Shown: positions 28,704-37,600 of the stretch, piece by piece | How the letters are laid out: each line of letters begins with the position of its first letter | Numbering within the stretch: the first letter of the stretch is position 1 | Origin: Candidatus Aminicenantales bacterium | GTDB taxonomy: Bacteria > Acidobacteriota > Aminicenantia > Aminicenantales > UBA4085 | Length of the DNA: 64,000 nucleotides | NCBI GenBank assembly: GCA_049515535.1 | Contig: JBEKTZ010000005.1 | Span: 1-64,000, forward strand | Direction: 5' to 3' | Translations under genes and position numbers: made by a program | The notes under the pieces: generated by a model | Told to the model about the DNA's origin: nothing | The model's input: only the letters and a program-made list of their open reading frames with translations | Database searches by the model: none

Positions 28704-28731
28704 TTTATATATCATTTTCGCTAATTGTCAA
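28704..28731 (-). promoter_or_regulatory. sigma-70 promoter for the ATP-grasp/GNAT/KamA operon
   Basis: TTGACA-N16-TATAAA with an A/T-rich UP-like tract upstream. Confidence 0.55.
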
Positions 28732-28816
28732 TACTTTTTTCGAAAAAAAATACAATCTGTGGTAGAAAAACCGTTTTTGACCCCCAATCGGTTGAGCTGT
28801 AAAGTTGTTTGACATT

Positions 28817-29620
28817 TTAAAGCATGAACCTTGGATAAAGGTAGAATGCGCGCGAATCGATGAAAAGCCGTTCAGCCCGGCGCTCGAATGGCCGTTGGGG
28901 CGACCGGTAATCGCTCGGCGGCGTATGGAAAATGACGCGCGCTCCCGCATCGAAAATCTGTTCGAGCCAAGCGAGGGCGAGCGGATATTCGATATGAAAA
29001 AGGACGCCGCCGGCCCGCTCACGCGCGGCCCTGGCGCAGTCGCAAAGAAGAATCGTGTCGTCGTCCCGGTGAAGACTTTGGCCGGCGATATGGATCCACG
29101 CCCCCTGGCGCGCGAGCGTCTCGAGCGCGGGCGCGAACGGCCCGTGATGATAGAACGCGAGCCGGCTGCCGCCGCAGATGCAGGCGTAGGCCAGTTCTTC
29201 GAGCGCCGGGAAATCGCGCTGGATGCGGCCGTTCGACGTATAAATATAGAGCCCGTTCCGCCCCAGCTCTTTGAGGGTCGCGAAAGAAACCGCCTTTTCT
29301 TTTTCTTCAGGCTCGAAAGGGCCGTGGTGGAAATAGGCCGTCACGGCCGATCCTTTGCGCGCGGCGGCGTTCATCAGGACGAGATCCCGGCCGTCCGGCC
29401 GGGCCCGGTCGGAGGTGTAAAAAACGGCGCCGGCTTCTCCCAGCCATTCGAGCTCGGACGACGAGAGTTTTCCGGTATCGATCAATTTGAAACGGCCGCC
29501 GGCGCCGCGGCTGGCCTTCACCGCGTCGAGGAGAGAAGGAAAATCGGACTGGTCGTCGCGGACGATGACGCCTCCCGCGTCAGCGGGACTTCCCGAACCT
29601 GTATCGTCTTGCGTATCCAT
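28817..29620 (-). CDS. Hypothetical protein with about 50-aa alpha/beta internal repeats
   Basis: Repeats ending AYFHHGPF, AFYHHGPF, LFHIEYPL; promoter TTGACA-N17-TACACT at 29675-29703. Confidence 0.65.
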   Translation of the reverse strand: MDTQDDTGSGSPADAGGVIVRDDQSDFPSLLDAVKASRGAGGRFKLIDTGKLSSSELEWLGEAGAVFYTSDRARPDGRDLVLMNAAARKGSAVTAYFHHGPFEPEEKEKAVSFATLKELGRNGLYIYTSNGRIQRDFPALEELAYACICGGSRLAFYHHGPFAPALETLARQGAWIHIAGQSLHRDDDTILLCDCARAARERAGGVLFHIEYPLALAWLEQIFDAGARVIFHTPPSDYRSPQRPFERRAERLFIDSRAFYLYPRFML

Positions 29621-29847
29621 TAAAAAAATCTTAGCGTGTCTTCGGCCTTCAATATCATAACCTAAATTCGCCCAAGTGTAGCGCCGTGGCCCCGACATGT
29701 CAAGAGGTCCATTCGGCTTATTTTTTCCTCGTCTTGAAAACTGTACTACGGTCAGGTCCTTCGGCTGATTTTTTAATTGACATGACGGGAAGGAGAGTTC
29801 GAACGATTTTTGCGTCCGGCGGCTCCTCTCCGAGGGGAAGAAAATCA

Positions 29848-29876
29848 TTGAATTCGGAAAAGGAAAAGCGTATAAA
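29848..29876 (+). promoter_or_regulatory. sigma-70 promoter for the metF fusion gene
   Basis: TTGAAT-N17-TATAAA. Confidence 0.5.
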
Positions 29877-29929
29877 AATCAAGCGGCGATGCCCGACATC
29901 GGAAAGAGGGATAACCCCAGAGAGTTCAC

Positions 29930-32416
29930 ATGCGGATAAAAGAATTATTGGGCTTAAGCGATGGGCGATTCCTGGTCCTCGCCGAATTCGTCCCGCTTCC
30001 CGGTCACGACCTGAACAATTTCGAAAAGTTCCTCAATGGATACGCGCAGAAGAAATCCGGCCTGCCGGAAGACATGCGCCTGGCGGGCGTCACCATCCCC
30101 CAGAGTCCCAACGGCCTCGCTTCGCTGAGCCCGGCCGACGTCTATTCGCTCATCGGAATGAAAAATCTATGGGCCGATTTGGATGTCATCCCCCACGTGA
30201 CGGCCAAGGACCATAACGCCGAAGCCGTAAAAAGCTATCTCATCGGGTTGCGCAAGCTGGGGCTCGAATCCGTCCTGGCCCTGACCGGAGACAAGCCCTC
30301 AACGGGCAAGGGAGTTTTCGAGCTCGATTCCATCGGGCTCATCGAATTGATCCGGGAGATGAATCTCGAGTCTTTCCAGCGGGCCGCGCCCGGCGGGTTC
30401 GACCGCGTCCACCAGTTCTTCATCCTCGCCGCGGTTTCTCCCTTCAAATACTCGGAAGCCTCGCAGCGGCTGCAGTACGACAAGATGCTCAAGAAGCTGC
30501 GGGTCGGGGCGAACGCCCTGATCACGCAGATGGGCTGGGACTGGCGCAAGAGCGAAGAACTGTTCCGGTATCTCGGGGACGAGCGGATTCAAGCGCCCGT
30601 CTTCGGCAACGTCTATCTTCTCTCGACGGCGACGCCCGCGCCGCGGTTGATGTACGAGGGCAAGCTCCACGGCTGCCTGGTCACCAAAGATCTCTTCGAA
30701 AAGGTCGCTAAGGAATCTCTCGCGGACCACATCGAGCGGGCCGCCGAACAAGTGGCCATGTACCGGGACCTGGGCGCGGCCGGCGTCGATATCGGCGGTC
30801 TCTGGGATTTCGATACCCTTCTAAAAATCATGAACCGGGCCGCCGAAATCGGCGGGGGCTGGCGGCGGTTCAAGGATAATCTGGATTTCGGCCTGAAGAC
30901 GCTTCCGGACGGAAGGCCGGGGTATTATCTTTACGACGAAGGCGGGCGGCGGAGAGAACCGTCCCGGCCCAAAAAAACTTTCCGCAAGAGATCCTTCGAT
31001 TTCATGCACCGGAACCTTTTGACGCCCGGCCGGGCGATGAATCCGGCCCTCAAAAAAGCGCTCGGCCTCAGCTCGTCGCTCCGGCGCGGCAAGGGCGTGC
31101 CGTATAAGTTATTCCTGGCCGGGGAGAAAGCGTTGAAAACCGTTCTCTATGACTGCGAAGAATGCGGCGACTGCTTCCTGCCCGATAATTTCGGCCGATG
31201 CACGCTGGGTGAGTGCGAGAAGGGCCTGCCGAATCCGCCCTGCGGAGACGCCGACCCTGAAGGCCGCTGCGGGCACGACACGACGCGGCGGTGTGTCGGC
31301 GAGCTCATCTACGACGCGGCCGCGAACGAAGGGATGGAAGGATTGAAGAAATGGGCAAAGACGATCAACCCCGGCCGCATTGCGGCGCTCGAGGGGACGG
31401 CTTCGCTCTTGAATTATGTCTTTGAAAAGGACCACGCGAAGAAGATCGACCTGATCCGGATCGGCGAAAGCCTGCACGCCAGCATTTCCCGGCCCGCGGC
31501 CGCCATGAGCGAGCTCCTGGCCAAAGGGGCGGACGCTTTCGACCGGCCGAGCGGCGCGCTGGACTACGTCATTTCGCTGATCAAGGATCAAATCCAACAC
31601 GGCGCCGATTATCTCGAGGTGAACGTGGACGCGTTCGGCGAACGGAACCCCGATCTAACCGCGCGGATGATTCGCGATTACGTCCGTCTCATCCGCAAGC
31701 ACGGCGACGGCGTTCCGGTCTGCGTGGACAGCGGCTCTCCGGAGGTCCTCATCGCCGGCCTCGAAGCGTGGTACGAGGACGCCCCGCCGGCGACGCCCGC
31801 GCCTCTTCTGAACTCGATCAAGACCTACACGATGGACAGGCTGTTCCCCCTGCGGGCCGAATATCCGTTCAAGTTCATCGGCCTGCTCGTGGATATCCAT
31901 TCGACCGGCTCTGAGGGCTCCTATTACGGCATCGACGAACTCCACGGCATGGCCCGGACGATCTTCCGGACCGCGACCGGAACCCACGGGTTCAAGCCCG
32001 GTGATATCTTCTTCGACTCGACGGTCTTTCCGCTGGCCATCGACATGCCGATGACACCGGATACGCCGGGATACACCTTCCGGACGTTCGAGACGATCCG
32101 CAAGATCAAAAACGACCCCGAATTGAAGGGCGTGCACCTTTCTTTGGGCATCACCAACGCGGTCCGCGACCTCCCGGGCCGCCGGACGGGCGTCTGCCGG
32201 GCTTATCTGGCCAAGGCGCAAGAATACGGCCTGGACGCCGCGATCGTCAACGTCATGCACGATTACGGGAAACGGCCGCCGGCGTCCGATCTCGTCGAAT
32301 TCGTCGGGGCGTTCGCCCGGCAGGACGGCTCGGCCGAGGCCGGCCAGAAGGTCATCACCGCCATGATGGATTTTTGCCGGGCCAACCGGAAGATCAAAGA
32401 TCCGGCCTGCGGCTGA
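29930..32416 (+). CDS. Methylene-THF reductase fused to a MetV-like Cys domain and a pterin-binding (AcsE/MetH-type) methyltransferase domain
   Basis: MetF motifs IPHVTAKD, LALTGD, ITQ; CEECGDC...CEKGLPNPPCG...C...C; pterin barrel IGESLH, GADYLEVNVD, VDSG, LNSI, FDS, GITN, GLDAAIVN. Confidence 0.82.
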   Translation: MRIKELLGLSDGRFLVLAEFVPLPGHDLNNFEKFLNGYAQKKSGLPEDMRLAGVTIPQSPNGLASLSPADVYSLIGMKNLWADLDVIPHVTAKDHNAEAVKSYLIGLRKLGLESVLALTGDKPSTGKGVFELDSIGLIELIREMNLESFQRAAPGGFDRVHQFFILAAVSPFKYSEASQRLQYDKMLKKLRVGANALITQMGWDWRKSEELFRYLGDERIQAPVFGNVYLLSTATPAPRLMYEGKLHGCLVTKDLFEKVAKESLADHIERAAEQVAMYRDLGAAGVDIGGLWDFDTLLKIMNRAAEIGGGWRRFKDNLDFGLKTLPDGRPGYYLYDEGGRRREPSRPKKTFRKRSFDFMHRNLLTPGRAMNPALKKALGLSSSLRRGKGVPYKLFLAGEKALKTVLYDCEECGDCFLPDNFGRCTLGECEKGLPNPPCGDADPEGRCGHDTTRRCVGELIYDAAANEGMEGLKKWAKTINPGRIAALEGTASLLNYVFEKDHAKKIDLIRIGESLHASISRPAAAMSELLAKGADAFDRPSGALDYVISLIKDQIQHGADYLEVNVDAFGERNPDLTARMIRDYVRLIRKHGDGVPVCVDSGSPEVLIAGLEAWYEDAPPATPAPLLNSIKTYTMDRLFPLRAEYPFKFIGLLVDIHSTGSEGSYYGIDELHGMARTIFRTATGTHGFKPGDIFFDSTVFPLAIDMPMTPDTPGYTFRTFETIRKIKNDPELKGVHLSLGITNAVRDLPGRRTGVCRAYLAKAQEYGLDAAIVNVMHDYGKRPPASDLVEFVGAFARQDGSAEAGQKVITAMMDFCRANRKIKDPACG

Positions 32417-32511
32417 GCCGGATGACGGGTGCCGGGAAGATTTCACGAGATTTGTCTCATTGAAAAATACCGCGATCTCTCCTATGATGAGAAATCGGTC
32501 GATATCAACCC

Positions 32512-33207
32512 ATGACAAAAGCGGTCGTCCTCTTCTCCGGCGGGATCGATTCCACGACGGCCCTTTCCTGGGCTTTGTCGAAAGCGAAGGACGTCCACGC
32601 GCTGACTTTCGACTACGGCCAGAGACACCGGATCGAAGTCCGCATGGCGGGGAAGGCGGCGCGCAGGCTGGGGATCCCCTGGACCGTCCTCAAGATCGAC
32701 CTCAAGCAGGTCGGCGGCTCGGCTCTCACGGATGGAACCATAGCTCTGCCGCGCTATAAAAAATTGTCCGAGATCAAGGCCGGCCCGCCGGCGACATACG
32801 TCCCGTTCCGCAACGGCATCCTCCTGGCCCTAGCCGCCGCCTGGGCCGAGGCCCGGCATATCCATGAGATCGTCTGTGGCTTCAACGTCATCGACTCGCC
32901 GGATTATCCCGACACGCGGCCGGATTTCGTCCGGGCGATGGAAAAAGCGGTCAACGCCGGCACGAAAGCGGTCCGCGGCGAAGAGAAAATCAAAATCATC
33001 GCCCCGTTCGTCCGCCTGAAAAAGTCCGAGATCATCCGGCTGGGTCTTTCGCTCGGGACGGACTACGCCTTTTCGGTCTCGTGTTACGCGGGAAATGAGA
33101 TGCCCTGCCGGGGATGCTCGTCATGTCTGTTGCGGGAGCGCGCTTTTGCCGAGGTTGGAGTCCCGGACCCGCTGATCGCGCGCCTCGAAAAGGAAGGAAA
33201 GCGATGA
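32512..33207 (+). CDS. queC: 7-cyano-7-deazaguanine synthase QueC
   Basis: SGGIDST, FDYGQRH, YVPFRN, YPDTRP, SCY...C..C..C. Confidence 0.95.
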   Translation: MTKAVVLFSGGIDSTTALSWALSKAKDVHALTFDYGQRHRIEVRMAGKAARRLGIPWTVLKIDLKQVGGSALTDGTIALPRYKKLSEIKAGPPATYVPFRNGILLALAAAWAEARHIHEIVCGFNVIDSPDYPDTRPDFVRAMEKAVNAGTKAVRGEEKIKIIAPFVRLKKSEIIRLGLSLGTDYAFSVSCYAGNEMPCRGCSSCLLRERAFAEVGVPDPLIARLEKEGKR

Positions 33208-33551
33208 GTTGGATATTGCGTGTGCGCGACAAATTCCAGGCGGCCCATTTCCTCGAGGAATACAAAGGCAAGTGCGAAAAGATCCACGGCCACACCTTCC
33301 AGGTCGAGGTCGCGATCGAGGTCGGCGCGCTCGACAAGGCCGGCCTGGGGATTGATTTCACGCTGATCAAAAAAAAACTGACCGAGACGCTTCCCGATCA
33401 TACCCTGCTCAACGAGGTCTACGACTTCAACCCTTCGGCCGAGAACCTCGCCCGCCGCTTGTTCCTCGAGCTCGCGAAATCGTTCCCGGTCAAAGAAGTG
33501 ACCGTATGGGAATCCGAGGATGCCTCAGCCACATACTCTGAAAATCGCTGA
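33204..33551 (+). CDS. queD: 6-carboxytetrahydropterin synthase QueD
   Basis: AAHFL, CEKIHGH, DHTLLN, PSAENLA, VWE. Confidence 0.93.
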   Translation: MSWILRVRDKFQAAHFLEEYKGKCEKIHGHTFQVEVAIEVGALDKAGLGIDFTLIKKKLTETLPDHTLLNEVYDFNPSAENLARRLFLELAKSFPVKEVTVWESEDASATYSENR

Positions 33552-34149
33552 GATTTTCCCGTCCGTCCAGGGTGAAGGGCTGCGCCAGGGCGAGCCCACG
33601 ATTTTCGTCCGCCTCTCGGGCTGCAACTTGCGCTGTCCTTTCTGCGACACCAAATACGCTTGGGAAGAAGGCCGGGGAATGACGGTCGAGCGGGTCAAGG
33701 ACAGGATCAAAGCCTTGCGCAAGCGTTTTCCGGCCAAGTGGGTTTGCTTGACGGGCGGCGAGCCCATGCTCCAGGACCTCGGGGCCCTCGTCCGCGGCCT
33801 CAAAGCGGATGGCCTGAAAATCCAGGTCGAAACCAACGGCACCGTGTTCGGGGGGCTGGCCGCGGATTGGGTCACGGTCTCGCCCAAGCCCGAAAAATTC
33901 GCCGTTCATCCGCGGTTCAGGCGGCTGGCCAAAGAGGTCAAGCTCGTCGTCACGCGAGACCTCGCCTTCGCCACGGTCCGGCGATTACGCGAATGCTTTC
34001 CCGCAACGACACCGCTCCTCCTCCAGCCGGAATCCAACGCGTCCTGGAGCGCGGCCAAAGGTCTGCGCCTCATCGGCCGATGCCGGCGGAACGGGCTTGA
34101 AAACGTGCGCCTCTCCGTCCAACTCCACAGGGTTTTCCGCCTGCGCTGA
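33520..34149 (+). CDS. queE: 7-carboxy-7-deazaguanine synthase QueE
   Basis: SVQGEG, CNLRCPFCDT, TGGEP, ETNG, SPK, QLH. Confidence 0.93.
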   Translation: MPQPHTLKIAEIFPSVQGEGLRQGEPTIFVRLSGCNLRCPFCDTKYAWEEGRGMTVERVKDRIKALRKRFPAKWVCLTGGEPMLQDLGALVRGLKADGLKIQVETNGTVFGGLAADWVTVSPKPEKFAVHPRFRRLAKEVKLVVTRDLAFATVRRLRECFPATTPLLLQPESNASWSAAKGLRLIGRCRRNGLENVRLSVQLHRVFRLR

Positions 34150-34250
34150 CGGTCTCACCGCCCGGGATGAGACCCGAGCAAGAATATCACCCCGAAAATC
34201 ACCGAAGGAGGGGATTGAACCGCCGGCCGTCTTGATTAAAATGGAAGGCG

Positions 34251-34790
34251 ATGAGAGAAACCCGTCCGTCCCGGCGAAACGTCAGCAGCGGGTTCGCCGT
34301 TTGGAAATTCCTTCTGCTTCTCGCCGCCGCCGGTCTGCTTCTTGTTTTTCTCGTTCCCATCTATCGAAGCGCGAAAAACACGGTTACCCTCAGGGCGACG
34401 ATCGCGGATATGCGGATGTGGGACAAAGCGATCAGGGCCTACGAATCCGATTTCGGCGTCACGCCGACAAACCCGAACGGCCGGATCCATTATAAGAAAC
34501 CGATTCTCCGGGAACTCATGCCCTATTTCGAGCGCGTCCGGGTCTCGGACTTATGGGGATCTCCTTATCGAATCTGGATTGGACCGGGCATCGAAAAATA
34601 CGGAATCAAGACGACCGGACCCGGGGATATCCTGATCGTCTCCCTGGGGAAGGAAGGAAACCAGGAAAACTGGTCGTATGATCCGGAGCGGCCGCAAGCG
34701 GGGTTATATGCGCTCCGCGGCCCGGAAGATTTTGAAAAAGACATCGTTCTCTGGAACGGCCGGATGGTGCGAGGCCCGATCAACCCATGA
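34251..34790 (+). CDS. Pseudopilin/GspG-like protein
   Basis: Basic leader, G|F followed by a hydrophobic helix, DLWGSPY (DPWG.PY-like), SLGKEG. Confidence 0.65.
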   Translation: MRETRPSRRNVSSGFAVWKFLLLLAAAGLLLVFLVPIYRSAKNTVTLRATIADMRMWDKAIRAYESDFGVTPTNPNGRIHYKKPILRELMPYFERVRVSDLWGSPYRIWIGPGIEKYGIKTTGPGDILIVSLGKEGNQENWSYDPERPQAGLYALRGPEDFEKDIVLWNGRMVRGPINP

Positions 34791-36184
34791 AGATCCTCAC
34801 GGCGGCTAAATCCTTTTTGCTGAAGCCAATCGGCAAAAGCGACATTTACGCCGCCCTCGGCAGGGTGATCTCCGCCCCCATCCTCCGAAAGAAAGCCGTC
34901 CTGTGGGCCTTGATTCTTCTCTGCGCGGCCTGGTTTCTCCTTCAGGCCTATCCTTACCTCAACATGTGGGACCTGGATTCGATCTCGTACTACGCGGGCG
35001 CTCACGGCCTCCGGCAGCACATCAATATTTATGACGACAATGAATTCCAATCCATGGCGGACACGCTCGTGGGGAAAGGCGTCATCGTCAATCCCTATAT
35101 TTATCCCCCTCTCCTGGCCCAGCTCTGCCTGCCCTTGACGCGACTCTCGCCGTCCGCTTTTTTTCTGCTGGTGTTCATCCTGAACGTCGTCCTGACGTTC
35201 TTCAATCTTTTTCTCCTCTCGCGCCTCCTGGAGCTCGATCGCCGCCCGACGATTCTACCCTTGCTTTTTCCCTTCGCCCTCCTCCTGTTCAACGCGCCGA
35301 TCTTGAGGACCATCGATTACGGCCAGATCAATATCCTGGTCTTCACGGCGACGCTTCTCTTCATGGCCTGCCAAAAAAAAGCGAAACCGTTCGCGGCCGG
35401 GTTTTTTTTGAGTCTGGCCGTCTTCATCAAGATCTATCCCATCCTTTTCGTCCTGCCGTTCATCTTTTTCAAGCGGTGGAAGTCCCTGGCGGCTTTTATC
35501 GTCAATAGCGCGGCCATGCTGGCCCTATCCATCGGCGTCTCCGGCCCGGCGCCTTGGCTGGATTTCGTGAAATCGACGCTGTCTCTGTTCTTCAAGAAGC
35601 CCGACTCTCCGTTCACCCGGGGCTTTCAATCCTCTTTCACCAACGTTTCACTCAAGGGCTTTTTGACGCAAGGTTTCGCCCAGCTTCATCTTCCCGAGGC
35701 GCTGGTCGTTCCTCTCTTTCTTCTGGCGGCGGTCCTTCTCGTCCTGTGGATTTTCGTCTCCCCCCGAAAGAGAGAGGTCGCCGCGGACCCCGCCCTGGAA
35801 GGCTCCCTTATCTTCATCTTGACCTTGGTCCTGGCGCCGATCACGTGGCCCCACCATTACGTCATCATGATGTTCCCTGCGGCCTATCTTTTCCGGCGGA
35901 TCATCGATGAGAAGAGGTATGCCGCTTTCCTCCTTCTCGCCGTTTTCGGCGGCCAGGTGTTTTACCAGCAGCCATGGGGCGCGTTTCCGTTCAATCAACT
36001 ATGGCTGCCTGCGACGCTGGGATTCTTGGGGTTGCTCATGCGTTTCGGCCGCGCTCCGTCGCTCGAGGGCGCCCCGGAAAATGAAGGTCCGGGAACGACG
36101 GTCCGCGAGGGCCGGGTCGGCCCCGTTGTTATGGACGCTTCGCGAAAAATTGATAGCCCGCGCGCGCGAGAAAAACGCCCGTGA
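34787..36184 (+). CDS. GT87 (DUF2029) membrane glycosyltransferase
   Basis: D..SYY, YIYPP, GQIN, IKIYP, PITWPHH. Confidence 0.85.
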   Translation: MKILTAAKSFLLKPIGKSDIYAALGRVISAPILRKKAVLWALILLCAAWFLLQAYPYLNMWDLDSISYYAGAHGLRQHINIYDDNEFQSMADTLVGKGVIVNPYIYPPLLAQLCLPLTRLSPSAFFLLVFILNVVLTFFNLFLLSRLLELDRRPTILPLLFPFALLLFNAPILRTIDYGQINILVFTATLLFMACQKKAKPFAAGFFLSLAVFIKIYPILFVLPFIFFKRWKSLAAFIVNSAAMLALSIGVSGPAPWLDFVKSTLSLFFKKPDSPFTRGFQSSFTNVSLKGFLTQGFAQLHLPEALVVPLFLLAAVLLVLWIFVSPRKREVAADPALEGSLIFILTLVLAPITWPHHYVIMMFPAAYLFRRIIDEKRYAAFLLLAVFGGQVFYQQPWGAFPFNQLWLPATLGFLGLLMRFGRAPSLEGAPENEGPGTTVREGRVGPVVMDASRKIDSPRAREKRP

Positions 36185-37046
36185 GGATGATCGCGGCGCC
36201 GCCGATCTGCGCCGGATGGATCCTGTCCCCGAGAAGGGCCACGGCGAAGACAGCCGTAAAAACCGGCGTCAGGTTGTTGTAGACCGCGGTTTTAGCGTTT
36301 CCCACTTTTTTCACCGAATAATACCAGATCAGATACCCAAAGACGAACCCGAAGAGCGAAGAAAGCACGAGAAACGCCCAGGCTCTTAGGGAAATCGCGG
36401 CCCACGGGACGGCCAGGATGTCTTTCGCCGTGAAGGGGATATAAAATAAAGCGCCGAACAAGACGGTGATGGCCGAAAACTTGAGCGGCGAGAGCCTTTC
36501 GAGAAAAGGCTTCGAAAAAACCGTATAAGAAGCCCACAGGATCATGCCGAAAAAGATTGAAAGATCGCCCTTGAAACTCTCCGCCGAAAAATGGAGCCCC
36601 CCGTTCTGTCCCGCGACGATCCAATAGAGTCCGCAAAAGGAGATCAGGATTCCCATCCAGGCGGACCAGTGGATCCGTTCGATGCCGAGGGCGGAGCTCA
36701 TCAGGGCGACGAAGATCGGCGACATCGAGAGGATGAGCGAAGAGTTCGAAGCCGAGGTCAGGCTTATGCCCCGGATGAAAAAGAGCTGATAGACCGTGTT
36801 TCCGGCCACGCCGATGGCGAGGAGCTTCCAACCGTCGTTCCTTTGGAGGCGAAATCCCTGTCCCGAGATCGCCAGAAGGACCAGGAATATGACCGCCGTC
36901 AACAGTAGCCGCAGGCCGTTGAAGCCGCCGGCCGTCAATTCGCGCATGGCGATTTTGATGAGAGAGAAATTGATCCCCCACATCACGACGGCCAGGAGCA
37001 TGAGCGCATCGCTGGCGCCAAACGCGCTGCGGTTTTTTTTATTCAT
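36129..37046 (-). CDS. EamA/DMT-family transporter
   Basis: WGINF, two EamA halves, about 10 TMs. Confidence 0.9.
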   Translation of the reverse strand: MNKKNRSAFGASDALMLLAVVMWGINFSLIKIAMRELTAGGFNGLRLLLTAVIFLVLLAISGQGFRLQRNDGWKLLAIGVAGNTVYQLFFIRGISLTSASNSSLILSMSPIFVALMSSALGIERIHWSAWMGILISFCGLYWIVAGQNGGLHFSAESFKGDLSIFFGMILWASYTVFSKPFLERLSPLKFSAITVLFGALFYIPFTAKDILAVPWAAISLRAWAFLVLSSLFGFVFGYLIWYYSVKKVGNAKTAVYNNLTPVFTAVFAVALLGDRIHPAQIGGAAIILTGVFLARAGYQFFAKRP

Positions 37047-37121
37047 TCGGCGCCGCGGGGTTTTAAGTCATTCAGATGAGGACACGGCAAGCGGGAACCC
37101 GGGAAAAGCGGCCGTCTGGGA

Positions 37122-37520
37122 TCAGCCGGACTTCCTCCGGGAGCGGGGGTAGCGCGCTTCGATCACCGACTTGATGCCTCCTCTTGGGTTGAACTCTCCG
37201 ACGACCGAAGCCCGCGCGGGCCGACAGGCCTTGACCACGTCTTCGAGGATCCGGTTCACGGCATTTTCATAAAAAATGCCCAGGTTCCGATAGGCCAGGA
37301 TATAGTCTTTCAGGGATTTGAGCTCCAGGCAGCGGGCGCGGGGAACGTAGCGGACGACGATCGTCCCGAAGTCCGGCAGGCCCGTTTTAGGGCAAACGGA
37401 AGTGAACTCGGGGATCTCGATTCGGATCTCGTATCCGGAAAATTGATTGGAAAACGTTTCGATGCCCGGAAGACGGGCGTTCAGGCCCGCCTTCGCTTCT
37501 TTTTCAGAATACCGGCTCAT
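37122..37520 (-). CDS. queF: preQ0 reductase QueF (unimodular)
   Basis: EFTSVCPKTGLPDFG, ELKSLK, FNPRGGI. Confidence 0.92.
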   Translation of the reverse strand: MSRYSEKEAKAGLNARLPGIETFSNQFSGYEIRIEIPEFTSVCPKTGLPDFGTIVVRYVPRARCLELKSLKDYILAYRNLGIFYENAVNRILEDVVKACRPARASVVGEFNPRGGIKSVIEARYPRSRRKSG

Positions 37521-37600
37521 GCGTCTTTCTCTCTATCGGAAATTAGGCTATAGTATAATTTCATCGCCATAAAATATCCAGCGGAGAAAAGACTAAAACC

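Noticed and set aside
29700..29929. SAM or THF riboswitch upstream of the metF fusion
   Set aside because: No ATCAAGAG...GAGGGA...GCAACC core; the predicted promoter leaves only about 50 nt of leader.
32417..32511. preQ1 riboswitch before queC
   Set aside because: No short stem with an A-rich tail; the gap is explained by TTGAAA-N17-TATGAT.
32512..37520. Dpd 7-deazaguanine DNA-modification defence island
   Set aside because: No dpdA/tgt paralogue or dpdB-K genes; queF points to ordinary queuosine synthesis.
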